The notes under the pieces were generated by a model. That model was given only the letters and a program-made list of their open reading frames with translations, made no database searches and was not told the origin of the DNA. The position numbers and the translations under genes were made by a program. 49,391 nucleotides of DNA from Ruminococcus sp. Its GTDB lineage: Bacteria; Bacillota_I; Bacilli_A; RF39; UBA660. Positions 19,859-29,272 of this stretch are shown in pieces. Where the stretch lies: contig JAMPHW010000001.1 of the NCBI GenBank assembly GCA_023663235.1, positions 1 through 49,391 on the forward strand, read 5' to 3'. Numbering within the stretch: the stretch's first letter is position 1; every line of letters starts with the position of its first letter.

Positions 19859-21307
19859 TTACTTTACATATTTATCAATAATTTCTCTTTCATTAAAATA
19901 ATACTTTGTTCCCTTTATATCCTGATATTCTTCATGCCCTTTTCCAATTAGAATAATTAAATCACCATCTTTACTATTATCTATAGCATATTTTATTGCT
20001 TCCTCTCGCTCATCTATTTCTATATATTGAGCATTTACTTTATCTAATCCTACTTTAATATCCTCATTTATTGCGCTTATTTCTTCGAATCTTGGATTAT
20101 CCATCGTAATTATACACAAATCACTATTAGCTCCAATAATTTCTCCTGCTTTATAGCGTCTTTCCTTAGGTCTATTTCCTCCACAACCAAAAATACTTAC
20201 TAATCTCTTAGGTTGATAATTTTTTAGTGTTTTAACTAAATTTTCTATCGCATCTCCTGTATGAGCATAATCAATTAATATTTTATAATCTGCTGCAAAA
20301 ACAAGTTCCATTCTTCCCTTAACTTTAACTTCAAGTAAAGCTTTTTTTATGGCTTCTTCATCTATCCCAAGTAATTTAACAACGAGTATTCCTGCTAAAG
20401 CATTATATATATTAAACAATCCAGGCAAACTTAAAGTAAAGTACTCATTTACTAAACCATTAGTTTTAAATTTTGACCCTAACAAGTTTTCATCATTTAT
20501 AAATTCATAATTACTTACCTTTAAATCACTCTCACTATCTAAACTATATCTATAAATAGGACTATTAACATTTTCTAATACTTCTTTTAAATATTTGCTA
20601 TCATTATTTATTACTACCTTTTTACTATTTGTAAATAACTTATTCTTACATTTAATATATTCATCTTGACTTTCATGTTCTCTAGGTCCTATATGATCAC
20701 TTGTAATATTAGTTAAAACACCAATATCAAAATTTATACCATCTAACCTATCCATTTTAAAAGCTTGACTAGAAGTCTCCATCACTACATGTGTAACATT
20801 ATTATCAAGCATTTCTCTAAATGTTTTGAAAACTTCATAAGACTCTGGTGTTGTATTATCTGTATGTCTATCTATATCTCCATATTTTATACCAGTACTA
20901 CCAATTAAACCAACATTATTTCCTGCTTCTTCTAGTATTTTTTTAATAATATATGTTGTTGTCGTCTTTCCACTTGTTCCCGTAACTCCAATAACAGTTA
21001 AATGTTCTAGAGGATTACCAAAATACTTTTTAGAAAGATTGGCTAAAGTTTTTCTTGTATTATTAACTTTAATTACTGTAACATCACCATAAATACTAAC
21101 CATTTTGGAAACTACTATAACTTTAGCTCCTTTATCTATAGCTTCTGGTATAAATTCATGACCATCTACGACTTCCCCTTTTAAAGCTATAAATAAATCG
21201 CCTTTTTCTACACTCCTACTATCATATTTACTATCATTTATTTCTATATCTATATTTCCTTTTATTAAACTATAATCTATACCTTCTAAAATATCATTTA
21301 ATTTCAC
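19859..21307 (-). CDS. murE: MurE ligase, meso-DAP-type motif (DNPR)
   Basis: GVTGTSGKTTT, TTPES, METSSQ, KGRME, IDYAHT, FGCGGNR, MDNPRFE, GKGHEEYQ. Confidence 0.92.
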   Translation of the reverse strand: MKLNDILEGIDYSLIKGNIDIEINDSKYDSRSVEKGDLFIALKGEVVDGHEFIPEAIDKGAKVIVVSKMVSIYGDVTVIKVNNTRKTLANLSKKYFGNPLEHLTVIGVTGTSGKTTTTYIIKKILEEAGNNVGLIGSTGIKYGDIDRHTDNTTPESYEVFKTFREMLDNNVTHVVMETSSQAFKMDRLDGINFDIGVLTNITSDHIGPREHESQDEYIKCKNKLFTNSKKVVINNDSKYLKEVLENVNSPIYRYSLDSESDLKVSNYEFINDENLLGSKFKTNGLVNEYFTLSLPGLFNIYNALAGILVVKLLGIDEEAIKKALLEVKVKGRMELVFAADYKILIDYAHTGDAIENLVKTLKNYQPKRLVSIFGCGGNRPKERRYKAGEIIGANSDLCIITMDNPRFEEISAINEDIKVGLDKVNAQYIEIDEREEAIKYAIDNSKDGDLIILIGKGHEEYQDIKGTKYYFNEREIIDKYVK

Positions 21308-22156
21308 TTAATTTTCCCCCTCATTTAAAGTAAAATCTCCATTATATACAAAATGACTTGGACCCATCATATATATTTCTTTATCACAATTAAGTTCAAT
21401 ATCAATAAATCCACCAATTTGTTCCACTTTACATTTACTCTTAACTTTATTTAAATAATTAGCAACTACTACCGCTGATGAAGCACCTGTTGCACATCCA
21501 ATAGTTTCTCCAGTTCCTCTTTCCCATTCTCTTATTTTTATATAATCACCACTAACAATTTGAGCAAAAGTTACATTAGTTCTTTTAGGAAATATTTCTA
21601 AATTATTTTCAATTGCTGGCCCATATTTATCTATATCTAAATTGTCTAAATTATCAACAAATAAAACGGTATGTGGATTACCTAAAGAAATAGTACTAAG
21701 TCTAAAATTTTTATCTAATATTTTAACTTCTTCCATTATAAATTTTTCTTTACCTGTATTAACAGGTATTAACTTTGCTTCCATTATCGGTTTTCCAATA
21801 TTTGCTTTTACATTAACAACTCTATCATTATCTATAATTAATTCCAAATATTTTATTCCGCCTAATGTTTCAATTGTTATTTTTTTCTTATTAGTAAATC
21901 CTAAATCATAAACATATTTTCCAACACTTCTAAGAGCATTACCACACATTTCTGCTTCTGTACCATCAGGATTAAATATCCTCATTCTAAAATCTGCTTT
22001 ATCACTATTTGAAATTAATACTAAACCATCACTACCAAGCCCATAGTGTCTACTAGTAAGTTTTTTAGCTAAAATATTAGGATTTTCTATACCTTCTTTA
22101 AAAGTATTTATATAAAGGTAATCATTTCCATAAGCTTGCATTTTAACTATTTTCAT
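21308..22156 (-). CDS. dapF: diaminopimelate epimerase family
   Basis: GNDY, EAEMCGNA, GNPH, WERGTGETIGCATG (both catalytic Cys present). Confidence 0.9.
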   Translation of the reverse strand: MKIVKMQAYGNDYLYINTFKEGIENPNILAKKLTSRHYGLGSDGLVLISNSDKADFRMRIFNPDGTEAEMCGNALRSVGKYVYDLGFTNKKKITIETLGGIKYLELIIDNDRVVNVKANIGKPIMEAKLIPVNTGKEKFIMEEVKILDKNFRLSTISLGNPHTVLFVDNLDNLDIDKYGPAIENNLEIFPKRTNVTFAQIVSGDYIKIREWERGTGETIGCATGASSAVVVANYLNKVKSKCKVEQIGGFIDIELNCDKEIYMMGPSHFVYNGDFTLNEGEN

Positions 22157-23338
22157 TTAATCACCTAAAGCTTCCTTTAAATCGGCAATTATATCATCAG
22201 CATCTTCTATTCCTACTGATAATCTAAGTAAAGTTTCGGTAATTCCAAGTTTCTCTCTTATTTCTTCTGATATTTCTGTATGTGTTCTACTAACTGGATG
22301 GGTAATTAAACTTTCTACTCCACCTAAACTTTCTGCAAATAGTATTAAATTTAGTCTTTCCAAAAAAGTATTGACTGTTTCCATACTGTCTAATGTAAAT
22401 GATATCATTCCTCCAAAACCTGATGTTTGTTTTAAAGTTATATCATAATTAGGATGATCTTCAAATCCAACATAATAAACTTCTTTTACTTTCTTATGAT
22501 TTCTTAAGAATTTAGCTACTTTCATGGCATTTTCACTATGTTTATTCATCCTTATAGCAAGCGTCTTTAAACCTCTTAAAGCAAGCCATGAATCCATAGG
22601 TGATAAACAAGCTCCATATATTGCAGTTTGTAAACTTAAATATTCGGCTTGTTCTTTTGTTTTAACTACTACTACACCTGCTAAAACATCATTATGCCCG
22701 CTTATATACTTAGTAGCACTATAAATTACAATATCTGCTCCTAAATCTAATGGCTTTTGATAATAACTCGTTAAGAAAGTATTATCAACTACCAAAGTAA
22801 TACCACTTTTATGAGCAAGTTCTGCTATAGCTTTTATATCTGCAACTTTCATCATAGGATTAGTAGGTGTTTCAAGTAGTATCATTCTTGTTTTCTTGGT
22901 TATACTTTTTCGAACTGCATCCAAATCTGTAAAGTCTACTTGATTATATTTAATTCCATTAATTTTTAAAACTTCTTCACAAGCTCTAATAGTTCCACCA
23001 TAAACATCATCAGATATTAAAATATGTTCTTTAGGTTTTAACATGGTAAGAACTAGACTAACTGCTGCCATTCCACTAGATAAAGCAAAAGCTTGATATC
23101 CATGATCGAGTATTGCCATTGTTCTTTCAAATTCTTCACGAGTTGGGTTAATAATACGACTATAATTAAAATTTGTATTTTCTTTTATGCCAATATGTCT
23201 ATATGTTGCAGTTTGAAATATTGGAAAACTTATAGCACCTGATACAGGATCATGCCCTAAAGCTCCTCTAACTACTTTTGTTTCATCATGAAGATTTTCT
23301 TTTTTATCATATACTGTATAATTAGTAAAATTTTTCAT
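22157..23338 (-). CDS. Cys/Met-metabolism PLP enzyme (cystathionine gamma-synthase/lyase family)
   Basis: YSRIINPTR, SSGMAA, YGGT, ETPTNP, DNTF, SATKYISGHND, ESLGGVESL, RLSVGIE. Confidence 0.9.
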   Translation of the reverse strand: MKNFTNYTVYDKKENLHDETKVVRGALGHDPVSGAISFPIFQTATYRHIGIKENTNFNYSRIINPTREEFERTMAILDHGYQAFALSSGMAAVSLVLTMLKPKEHILISDDVYGGTIRACEEVLKINGIKYNQVDFTDLDAVRKSITKKTRMILLETPTNPMMKVADIKAIAELAHKSGITLVVDNTFLTSYYQKPLDLGADIVIYSATKYISGHNDVLAGVVVVKTKEQAEYLSLQTAIYGACLSPMDSWLALRGLKTLAIRMNKHSENAMKVAKFLRNHKKVKEVYYVGFEDHPNYDITLKQTSGFGGMISFTLDSMETVNTFLERLNLILFAESLGGVESLITHPVSRTHTEISEEIREKLGITETLLRLSVGIEDADDIIADLKEALGD

Positions 23339-23357
23339 AAACCACTTCCCTTATAAA

Positions 23358-23387
23358 ACTATATGAAAAAAAGAAAGTTTTCTTTAC
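23358..23387 (-). promoter_or_regulatory. possible sporulation-sigma (sigE-like) promoter
   Basis: GTAAA-N17-CATATAGT; no TTGACA-like -35 at sigA spacing. Confidence 0.25.
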
Positions 23388-23396
23388 TTTCTTTTT
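23366..23396 (-). terminator. weak terminator after the folA-SAS pair
   Basis: AAAAAGAAAGT-loop-ACTTTCTTTTT, T-run on the minus strand. Confidence 0.4.
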
Positions 23397-23865
23397 ACAC
23401 TTTAGTTCTTTCTAATACAGCACCATATTTACGCTCATCATGTTCTTCATGTGTACTATTAGTCCAATCACGCATTTCTTTAGTCATAATCTGTATTTCT
23501 GTACCAATTTCTTCATTTTCAAAAAAATAATTATAAGCTTTATACCCAGTCTCTTTAGGTTTTTCAAAAAAATCTACAATTCGGGTTGGTCTAAAATAAT
23601 AATCAATTAAACTTGCTATTAGTTGAACATCTTCTTCTGTATCTATTGCTATTCTAAATCCAATTATATCTGGAACATCTAGTAATTCAAAATATCCATA
23701 TCTCATTGCATATAATCTCTGCTTTAACTTTATTTTATCTAAACTTTTAATTCTAAATTCTAAAATATAATCTTTATCATATTTTGTATCTAAAAAACTT
23801 TTTAATATTTCTTGCATTTCATACGCTTCTAAATACGCTAGTTCCTCTAAATATTCTTCTTTCAT
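23395..23865 (-). CDS. small alarmone synthetase-like RelA/SpoT domain protein
   Basis: RIKS..KI..K, DIIGFRI, DFFEKPKETGYKAYN, EIQIMT..M..W...H. Confidence 0.75.
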   Translation of the reverse strand: MKEEYLEELAYLEAYEMQEILKSFLDTKYDKDYILEFRIKSLDKIKLKQRLYAMRYGYFELLDVPDIIGFRIAIDTEEDVQLIASLIDYYFRPTRIVDFFEKPKETGYKAYNYFFENEEIGTEIQIMTKEMRDWTNSTHEEHDERKYGAVLERTKV

Positions 23866-23877
23866 TTAGCTCCTCAT

Positions 23878-24363
23878 CTACTTTTTTCGGCGATATCTAG
23901 CAAATTGATAATTAATACCATTTTCCTCATTAATTCCAATTACATCTTTATCAAAATCATTTTTATTAAATTCAGGAAAATATGCATCAGCTTCTCTAAA
24001 TTCTGCGTTTATCTCTGTCAATAGCATTTCATCAACATCATTTATAAATAATTTATAAATAGAAGCTCCCCCAATTATAAATACATCTTCTTCTAAAGTT
24101 TGTAAGTATTGTATTAATTCTTCATAACTAGAAAAACGCATAACCCCTTCTATTTGTAAATCTCGATGTGTTAAAACAATATGTTCTCTACCTGGAAGTA
24201 ATTTGGGAAAAGACACAAATGTATTATAACCCATTACTATTTTATGGTTCATGGTATTATCTTTAAAATATTTTAAATCATTTTTTAAACGCCATATTAA
24301 ATTATTTTTATATCCAAGTTCGTTATTATTACCAACAGCTGCAATCATTATTAATTTTGACAT
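23878..24363 (-). CDS. folA: dihydrofolate reductase
   Basis: LIWRLKNDLKYFK, VMGYNTF, LPGREHIVLT, IIGGASIY, DAYFP. Confidence 0.95.
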   Translation of the reverse strand: MSKLIMIAAVGNNNELGYKNNLIWRLKNDLKYFKDNTMNHKIVMGYNTFVSFPKLLPGREHIVLTHRDLQIEGVMRFSSYEELIQYLQTLEEDVFIIGGASIYKLFINDVDEMLLTEINAEFREADAYFPEFNKNDFDKDVIGINEENGINYQFARYRRKK

Positions 24364-24429
24364 ACATATCACCTTTTCTTAAAACGCTTTATTATTCTAC
24401 CGTAAATAAACTATTTTGTAAAGAAAAAG

Positions 24430-26568
24430 TTATATTAGATTGACATTTAAATACTTATCAATAACTTTATTTATATACCTAAACCCATACTTTTGATACT
24501 TAATCTCTTTTAATACTTCATCATAATTAATATTGATATTATTTAGCTTTTCTTTAAGATAACTTAAAACCTGTTCTTTACTTATTGCCTTAAATTCTAT
24601 TATATCATCAAATCTCCCTAAAAATTCTTCTGTAAAATAATCATTTAAATTAGTTTCATTACCCTCTAAAAAACCTACATTTTTGTTTTTATACGCATTG
24701 GAAGTCATAAATATTAAAGTATGTGAAAAATCTATTTTTTCGCCATGTGCATCGTGAATAAACCCTTCATCCATTATTTGTAAAAATAAATTTAATACAC
24801 TAGGATGTGCCTTTTCTATTTCATCAACCAAAATTATTGAATAAGGATTATATTTAACTTTATTAAATATATAATCATCCTCATACCCAACATATCCTTG
24901 AGTTACCCCAATTAATTTATTAACTGATGTTTCTAAATTAAATTCACTCATATCAAGTCTAATTAAATTATTTTGTAAAGACTCACTTAAGAGTTTAATA
25001 CTAGAGGTTTTACCTACACCACTAGGACCTACAAGTAAAACTTTAATACTTTTATTTTTATTAAAATATAATTTTAAGTTATTAATTAATTGCTGTACCG
25101 CTTTATCTTCACCATAAATATTCTTATTTAAAGTTTTTGTTATTTTATTTATTACTTCTTTCTTATCCAAAAACATAGGTATATTACTTTTAAATTCAAT
25201 TACTTTTAAAATATCTTCTTTTGTTATCATATCATTTCTAATTTTTTTAAAACTATTTATTTCTTCTTCCTTTTTATTTATTTTTAAACATATATTTAAA
25301 GCTTCATCATAATTACCCTTTAAAACATAATCTTCTTTAGTACTAATTAAATCCTTTAGTTCATTTTCTAATAATTTAATTTTATCCTTAGTTGAGCTTT
25401 TTCTTTTAACATGTGCACAAATACTATCAAGTAAATCTATAGTTTTATCTGGATTTTTCTTCGTAAATAAATATTTATTACTATAATAAACTATATTTTC
25501 AATATTATCTTCAGTAATTGTTATTCCATGATGTTTTTCATAGCTTGTCTTTAATCCTTTAATTATTTCTTTTGTTTCTTCTAAACTTGGCTCTTTTACA
25601 TTTACTATTTCAAAACGACGTTCTAAAGCTTTATCTTTAGCTATAAATTTTTCATATTCATGCGTTGTGGTTGCTCCAATTACTCTAATATCCCCACGAG
25701 CTAAATAAGGTTTTAAAATATCGCTAGCATTTATCGCACCTTCTGCTCCTCCAGCATTAACCATAGTATGAACTTCATCTATAAAAAGAATGATATTTTT
25801 GTTTTTCATAACTTCTTTAATTATTTTAGTTAATCTTTCTTCAAATTCCCCACGATATTTTGTCCCACTTACTAAATCTCCCATTGGAAGCTCTACAATC
25901 AATTTATTTTCTAAAGCTATAGGAACATTTTTATCTTTAATTCTTCTAGCTAACTCTTCTATAATTGCTGTTTTACCAACTCCAGCTGGACCTATAAGTA
26001 ATGGGTTACTTTTCTTTTTTCTAAGTAAAACTTCTATTAAATTATTAATCTCTTTATCTCTTCCTATTACTTTATCAAATGTATCTACTTTATCATTTAA
26101 AACTGTTCCTACATTAAATATTTCACTATTTTTATTTGTAATACTTTCTGGTTTTATTTTTAGTTCATCATATAAATCATCTAAATTAATTCCCAGTCCA
26201 ATCATTATTCTAATAGCAATTCCTTCACCCTCATCAAGCATCGCTACTAATAAATGATCTTCTGTTACTACTCCTTTGTTATTTTCTTTCGCATCACTTA
26301 AAGCATTACTAAGGATTCTTTTAAGTAAAGGCGTATATAAATTAACTGGATTATTCTTTTTAGGTATACCTACAATACTAATAAGTTCTTTTCTAAAAGT
26401 TTGATAATCTAAATCATATTCTTTTAATTTTTCTTTTAATGGTGTATCACTTTTTAATATTGCTAAAAGTAAATGTTCACTTCCAACATAAGGATGTGAT
26501 AATTTATTTCTTTCTTCTTCAGCTTTCTTTAATATTTCACTACCTATAAAACCAAAATTATTAAACAT
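24430..26568 (-). CDS. clpC: ClpC-like AAA+ chaperone
   Basis: Clp N-repeats (SEHLLLA, EDHLLVA), GPAGVGKT, KYRGEFEER, GPSGVGKT, GYVGY, VGF ClpP-docking loop. Confidence 0.8.
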   Translation of the reverse strand: MFNNFGFIGSEILKKAEEERNKLSHPYVGSEHLLLAILKSDTPLKEKLKEYDLDYQTFRKELISIVGIPKKNNPVNLYTPLLKRILSNALSDAKENNKGVVTEDHLLVAMLDEGEGIAIRIMIGLGINLDDLYDELKIKPESITNKNSEIFNVGTVLNDKVDTFDKVIGRDKEINNLIEVLLRKKKSNPLLIGPAGVGKTAIIEELARRIKDKNVPIALENKLIVELPMGDLVSGTKYRGEFEERLTKIIKEVMKNKNIILFIDEVHTMVNAGGAEGAINASDILKPYLARGDIRVIGATTTHEYEKFIAKDKALERRFEIVNVKEPSLEETKEIIKGLKTSYEKHHGITITEDNIENIVYYSNKYLFTKKNPDKTIDLLDSICAHVKRKSSTKDKIKLLENELKDLISTKEDYVLKGNYDEALNICLKINKKEEEINSFKKIRNDMITKEDILKVIEFKSNIPMFLDKKEVINKITKTLNKNIYGEDKAVQQLINNLKLYFNKNKSIKVLLVGPSGVGKTSSIKLLSESLQNNLIRLDMSEFNLETSVNKLIGVTQGYVGYEDDYIFNKVKYNPYSIILVDEIEKAHPSVLNLFLQIMDEGFIHDAHGEKIDFSHTLIFMTSNAYKNKNVGFLEGNETNLNDYFTEEFLGRFDDIIEFKAISKEQVLSYLKEKLNNININYDEVLKEIKYQKYGFRYINKVIDKYLNVNLI

Positions 26569-26633
26569 AAAAAAATCCTCCTTTAAATATCTATGATTAT
26601 TAAGATAAAAAAAGAAGTATTTTATTCAAAAAA

Positions 26634-28037
26634 TTAATTAATTTCTTCAATTTTAACAAAGTTAGTAATTCTACCTTCACCAGTTAAAGGAATACCACCA
26701 GTTATAATAATCTTATTTCCATTTTCTAAATTAAAGAATTCTTGTGTTTTTTCACGTGCAATTTTAACCATTTCATCCGTTTCATTTAACACTGGCACAA
26801 TACTTGTATAAATTCCATAGTTTAAAGCTAAACTTCTTGCAACTTTTTCACTAGTACAAGTAGCCATTATAGGACATTTTGGTCTAAAATTACTAATAAA
26901 ACGCGCACTAAAACCACTTACAGAGGCACAAGCTATAGCTTTTACATCAACATATTTAGTTAAATCAACTGCTCCTTTAGCAATACATTCTGTACGTCCA
27001 ATTTTACCTAAGTATTCAAAATTACTTTGATAATGTTCTTCAGCATCGCTTGCTATACTTGCCATATAGCTAACAGCTTCAATAGGATATGATCCAATTG
27101 TTGTTTCACCACTTAACATTACTGCATCAGTTCCGTCTAAAACAGCATTTGCAACATCTGTAACTTCTGCTCTTGTTGGGCGAGGATTTTTAGTCATACT
27201 CTCTAACATTTCTGTTGCAACAATACAAATTTTTCCGTGTTCACGAGCCTTCTTTACCATTTCTTTTTGATAAACAGGAAGTAAAGGCATTGGTACTTCT
27301 TCTCCAAGGTCTCCACGAGCTACCATAATACCATCACTAACCTCTAAAATTTCATCTAGATTTTCAACACCAGTTTTACTTTCAATCTTACAAATAACTT
27401 TAATATCACTATTTTGTTCTTTAATAATTTCTTTTGCTTGTAAAACATCTTCTTTACTAGAGACAAAAGATATAGCTAAATAATCTCCATCATTTTGACA
27501 TGCATAAATTATATCTTCTCTATCAATATCACTAATATATGGAATATCAAGTACTACGCCGGGCGCAAATAAACTTTTTTTACGACCTAAAATACCTCCA
27601 TTAATAATCTTACAAGTAACACCATCATCTTCTTTAGAAATAACTTCTATTTTCATTTTACCATTTTCAAGCTGAATAGTATTACCAACATTTAATGAAT
27701 CTAATGCTTCTGGATGATTTACACTAAATCTATCCTTGTTGCCAATAACACTTTCTTTCACTACACGAATATTAGCTCCAGGCACTAATTCAATACCACC
27801 TTCTTCTACTTCTCCGTTACGAAATTCTGGTCCTTTAGTATCATATAATAAAGCTACATTTAAATTTTCTTCTTTATTTACTCTTTTAACTAAACTTTCT
27901 ACAGTTTGTCTTTCTTCTAATGTTGCATGCGAAAAATTACAACGCGCAACATTCATTCCTGCAAGAGCCATCGCTTTAAATGTTTCATAATTGTTACTTG
28001 ATGGTCCTATGCTACATACAATTTTTGTTTTTTTCAT
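26634..28037 (-). CDS. pyk: pyruvate kinase
   Basis: KTKIVCSIGP, NFSH, DTKGPE, KIES, MVARGDLG, DAVMLSGET. Confidence 0.97.
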   Translation of the reverse strand: MKKTKIVCSIGPSSNNYETFKAMALAGMNVARCNFSHATLEERQTVESLVKRVNKEENLNVALLYDTKGPEFRNGEVEEGGIELVPGANIRVVKESVIGNKDRFSVNHPEALDSLNVGNTIQLENGKMKIEVISKEDDGVTCKIINGGILGRKKSLFAPGVVLDIPYISDIDREDIIYACQNDGDYLAISFVSSKEDVLQAKEIIKEQNSDIKVICKIESKTGVENLDEILEVSDGIMVARGDLGEEVPMPLLPVYQKEMVKKAREHGKICIVATEMLESMTKNPRPTRAEVTDVANAVLDGTDAVMLSGETTIGSYPIEAVSYMASIASDAEEHYQSNFEYLGKIGRTECIAKGAVDLTKYVDVKAIACASVSGFSARFISNFRPKCPIMATCTSEKVARSLALNYGIYTSIVPVLNETDEMVKIAREKTQEFFNLENGNKIIITGGIPLTGEGRITNFVKIEEIN

Positions 28038-28131
28038 AATTATTCCCCTCTCAAAAATTAAGACACAAGCATAAATTTTACTACAAATATAATAAAAAAT
28101 AAAGAGAAAATAGTCGATTTATAAAAAATTT

Positions 28132-28863
28132 TTACAAAACATCATATTTAATAATTCTATCTTTATTAATTGCTTGAAATTTTCTTCTTTCTAAAACCAA
28201 TTCTGGTCTATAAGTTTCTTCATAATAAGTTATTGGTGTATCCAGTTCACTTATGTTCTTAGCAATTCTATGTATATAACGTCCATTATCAAATGGATGC
28301 AATAATTCAAAACTACATACAATTCCATTTTTAAGTCTTTCTATAACCGTAAATGAAGCATTTTCTACTAATACTAACCCATCATCAATTTCTTTCATTA
28401 CTCCATTACTAATAATTCTCATATCATTATCAATTCTAAATACACCATTTGGATTAACTAAAGAATGTTTGCATAAAGTTCCTTCTTTTAAAGCACCTGA
28501 TAATGACCAACTTAAACTTTTTTCTTTTAAAAACAATACCATTAGTTGAATTATTTGTTCATCATATTCCTTTAGTATTTTTAAAGCTTCACACTGAAAC
28601 ATAACATTATTTAGTTTTATAACAATTCTATTATCTTCTTGAACCCAACAATAAATAAAATCTTTTGCTACTAACTCTTGAAGTTCTTTTGTAAAATCCA
28701 AATCATCTCTTCTTCTAAAGAAATAAAACAAATCATTAAATCTTCTATCATCTATTACTTTAAAAATATCTTTTTCAAAATCAAAATTATCTACTATATC
28801 ACCAGTCATTGTCATAGCACCAATAAGTAAATAGATAAATTGACTTTTAGACCTAATCTCCAT
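28132..28863 (-). CDS. hypothetical protein
   Basis: ORF with GGGGGAG RBS before the ATG at 28863; extended -10 (TGGTATAAT) lies inside the longer ORF call. Confidence 0.65.
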   Translation of the reverse strand: MEIRSKSQFIYLLIGAMTMTGDIVDNFDFEKDIFKVIDDRRFNDLFYFFRRRDDLDFTKELQELVAKDFIYCWVQEDNRIVIKLNNVMFQCEALKILKEYDEQIIQLMVLFLKEKSLSWSLSGALKEGTLCKHSLVNPNGVFRIDNDMRIISNGVMKEIDDGLVLVENASFTVIERLKNGIVCSFELLHPFDNGRYIHRIAKNISELDTPITYYEETYRPELVLERRKFQAINKDRIIKYDVL

Positions 28864-28926
28864 CACAAATCTCCCCCAAAATTTATATGTATTATACCAC
28901 ACTTTACTAAAAAAGAAAAATCAATA

Positions 28927-28947
28927 TAAAAACAGTCCTTAAGACTG
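28927..28947 (-). terminator. terminator after ylxM
   Basis: CAGTC/GACTG stem with a T-run on the minus strand. Confidence 0.5.
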
Positions 28948-28972
28948 CTTAATTTTTTAACTAATATAAATT

Positions 28973-29272
28973 TTAATTTTCAATTATTTTAGTTAATCTT
29001 TCTTTTAAAATCTCTATATTATCTTCTGCTAATATACTATTTAATTCTTTTTTTAACTCAAACTTTTTTAAACTACTTTCATATTCTTTTAATTTAGCCT
29101 CTGCACTACTAAGTGTTTTACTAACACTGCTTTTTGAAATATTTCTATTAATAGCTATTTCACTTAATGATAAATCTTCAACATAATAATTAAGAAACGT
29201 TTCTCTTTCAATATCTGTTAATAATTCACCATATATATCAAATAAATTATTTAAATACTCTCTATTCTCCAT
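28973..29272 (-). CDS. ylxM: YlxM family HTH protein
   Basis: LFDIYGELLT, YYVEDLSLSEIA; directly downstream of ftsY. Confidence 0.85.
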   Translation of the reverse strand: MENREYLNNLFDIYGELLTDIERETFLNYYVEDLSLSEIAINRNISKSSVSKTLSSAEAKLKEYESSLKKFELKKELNSILAEDNIEILKERLTKIIEN

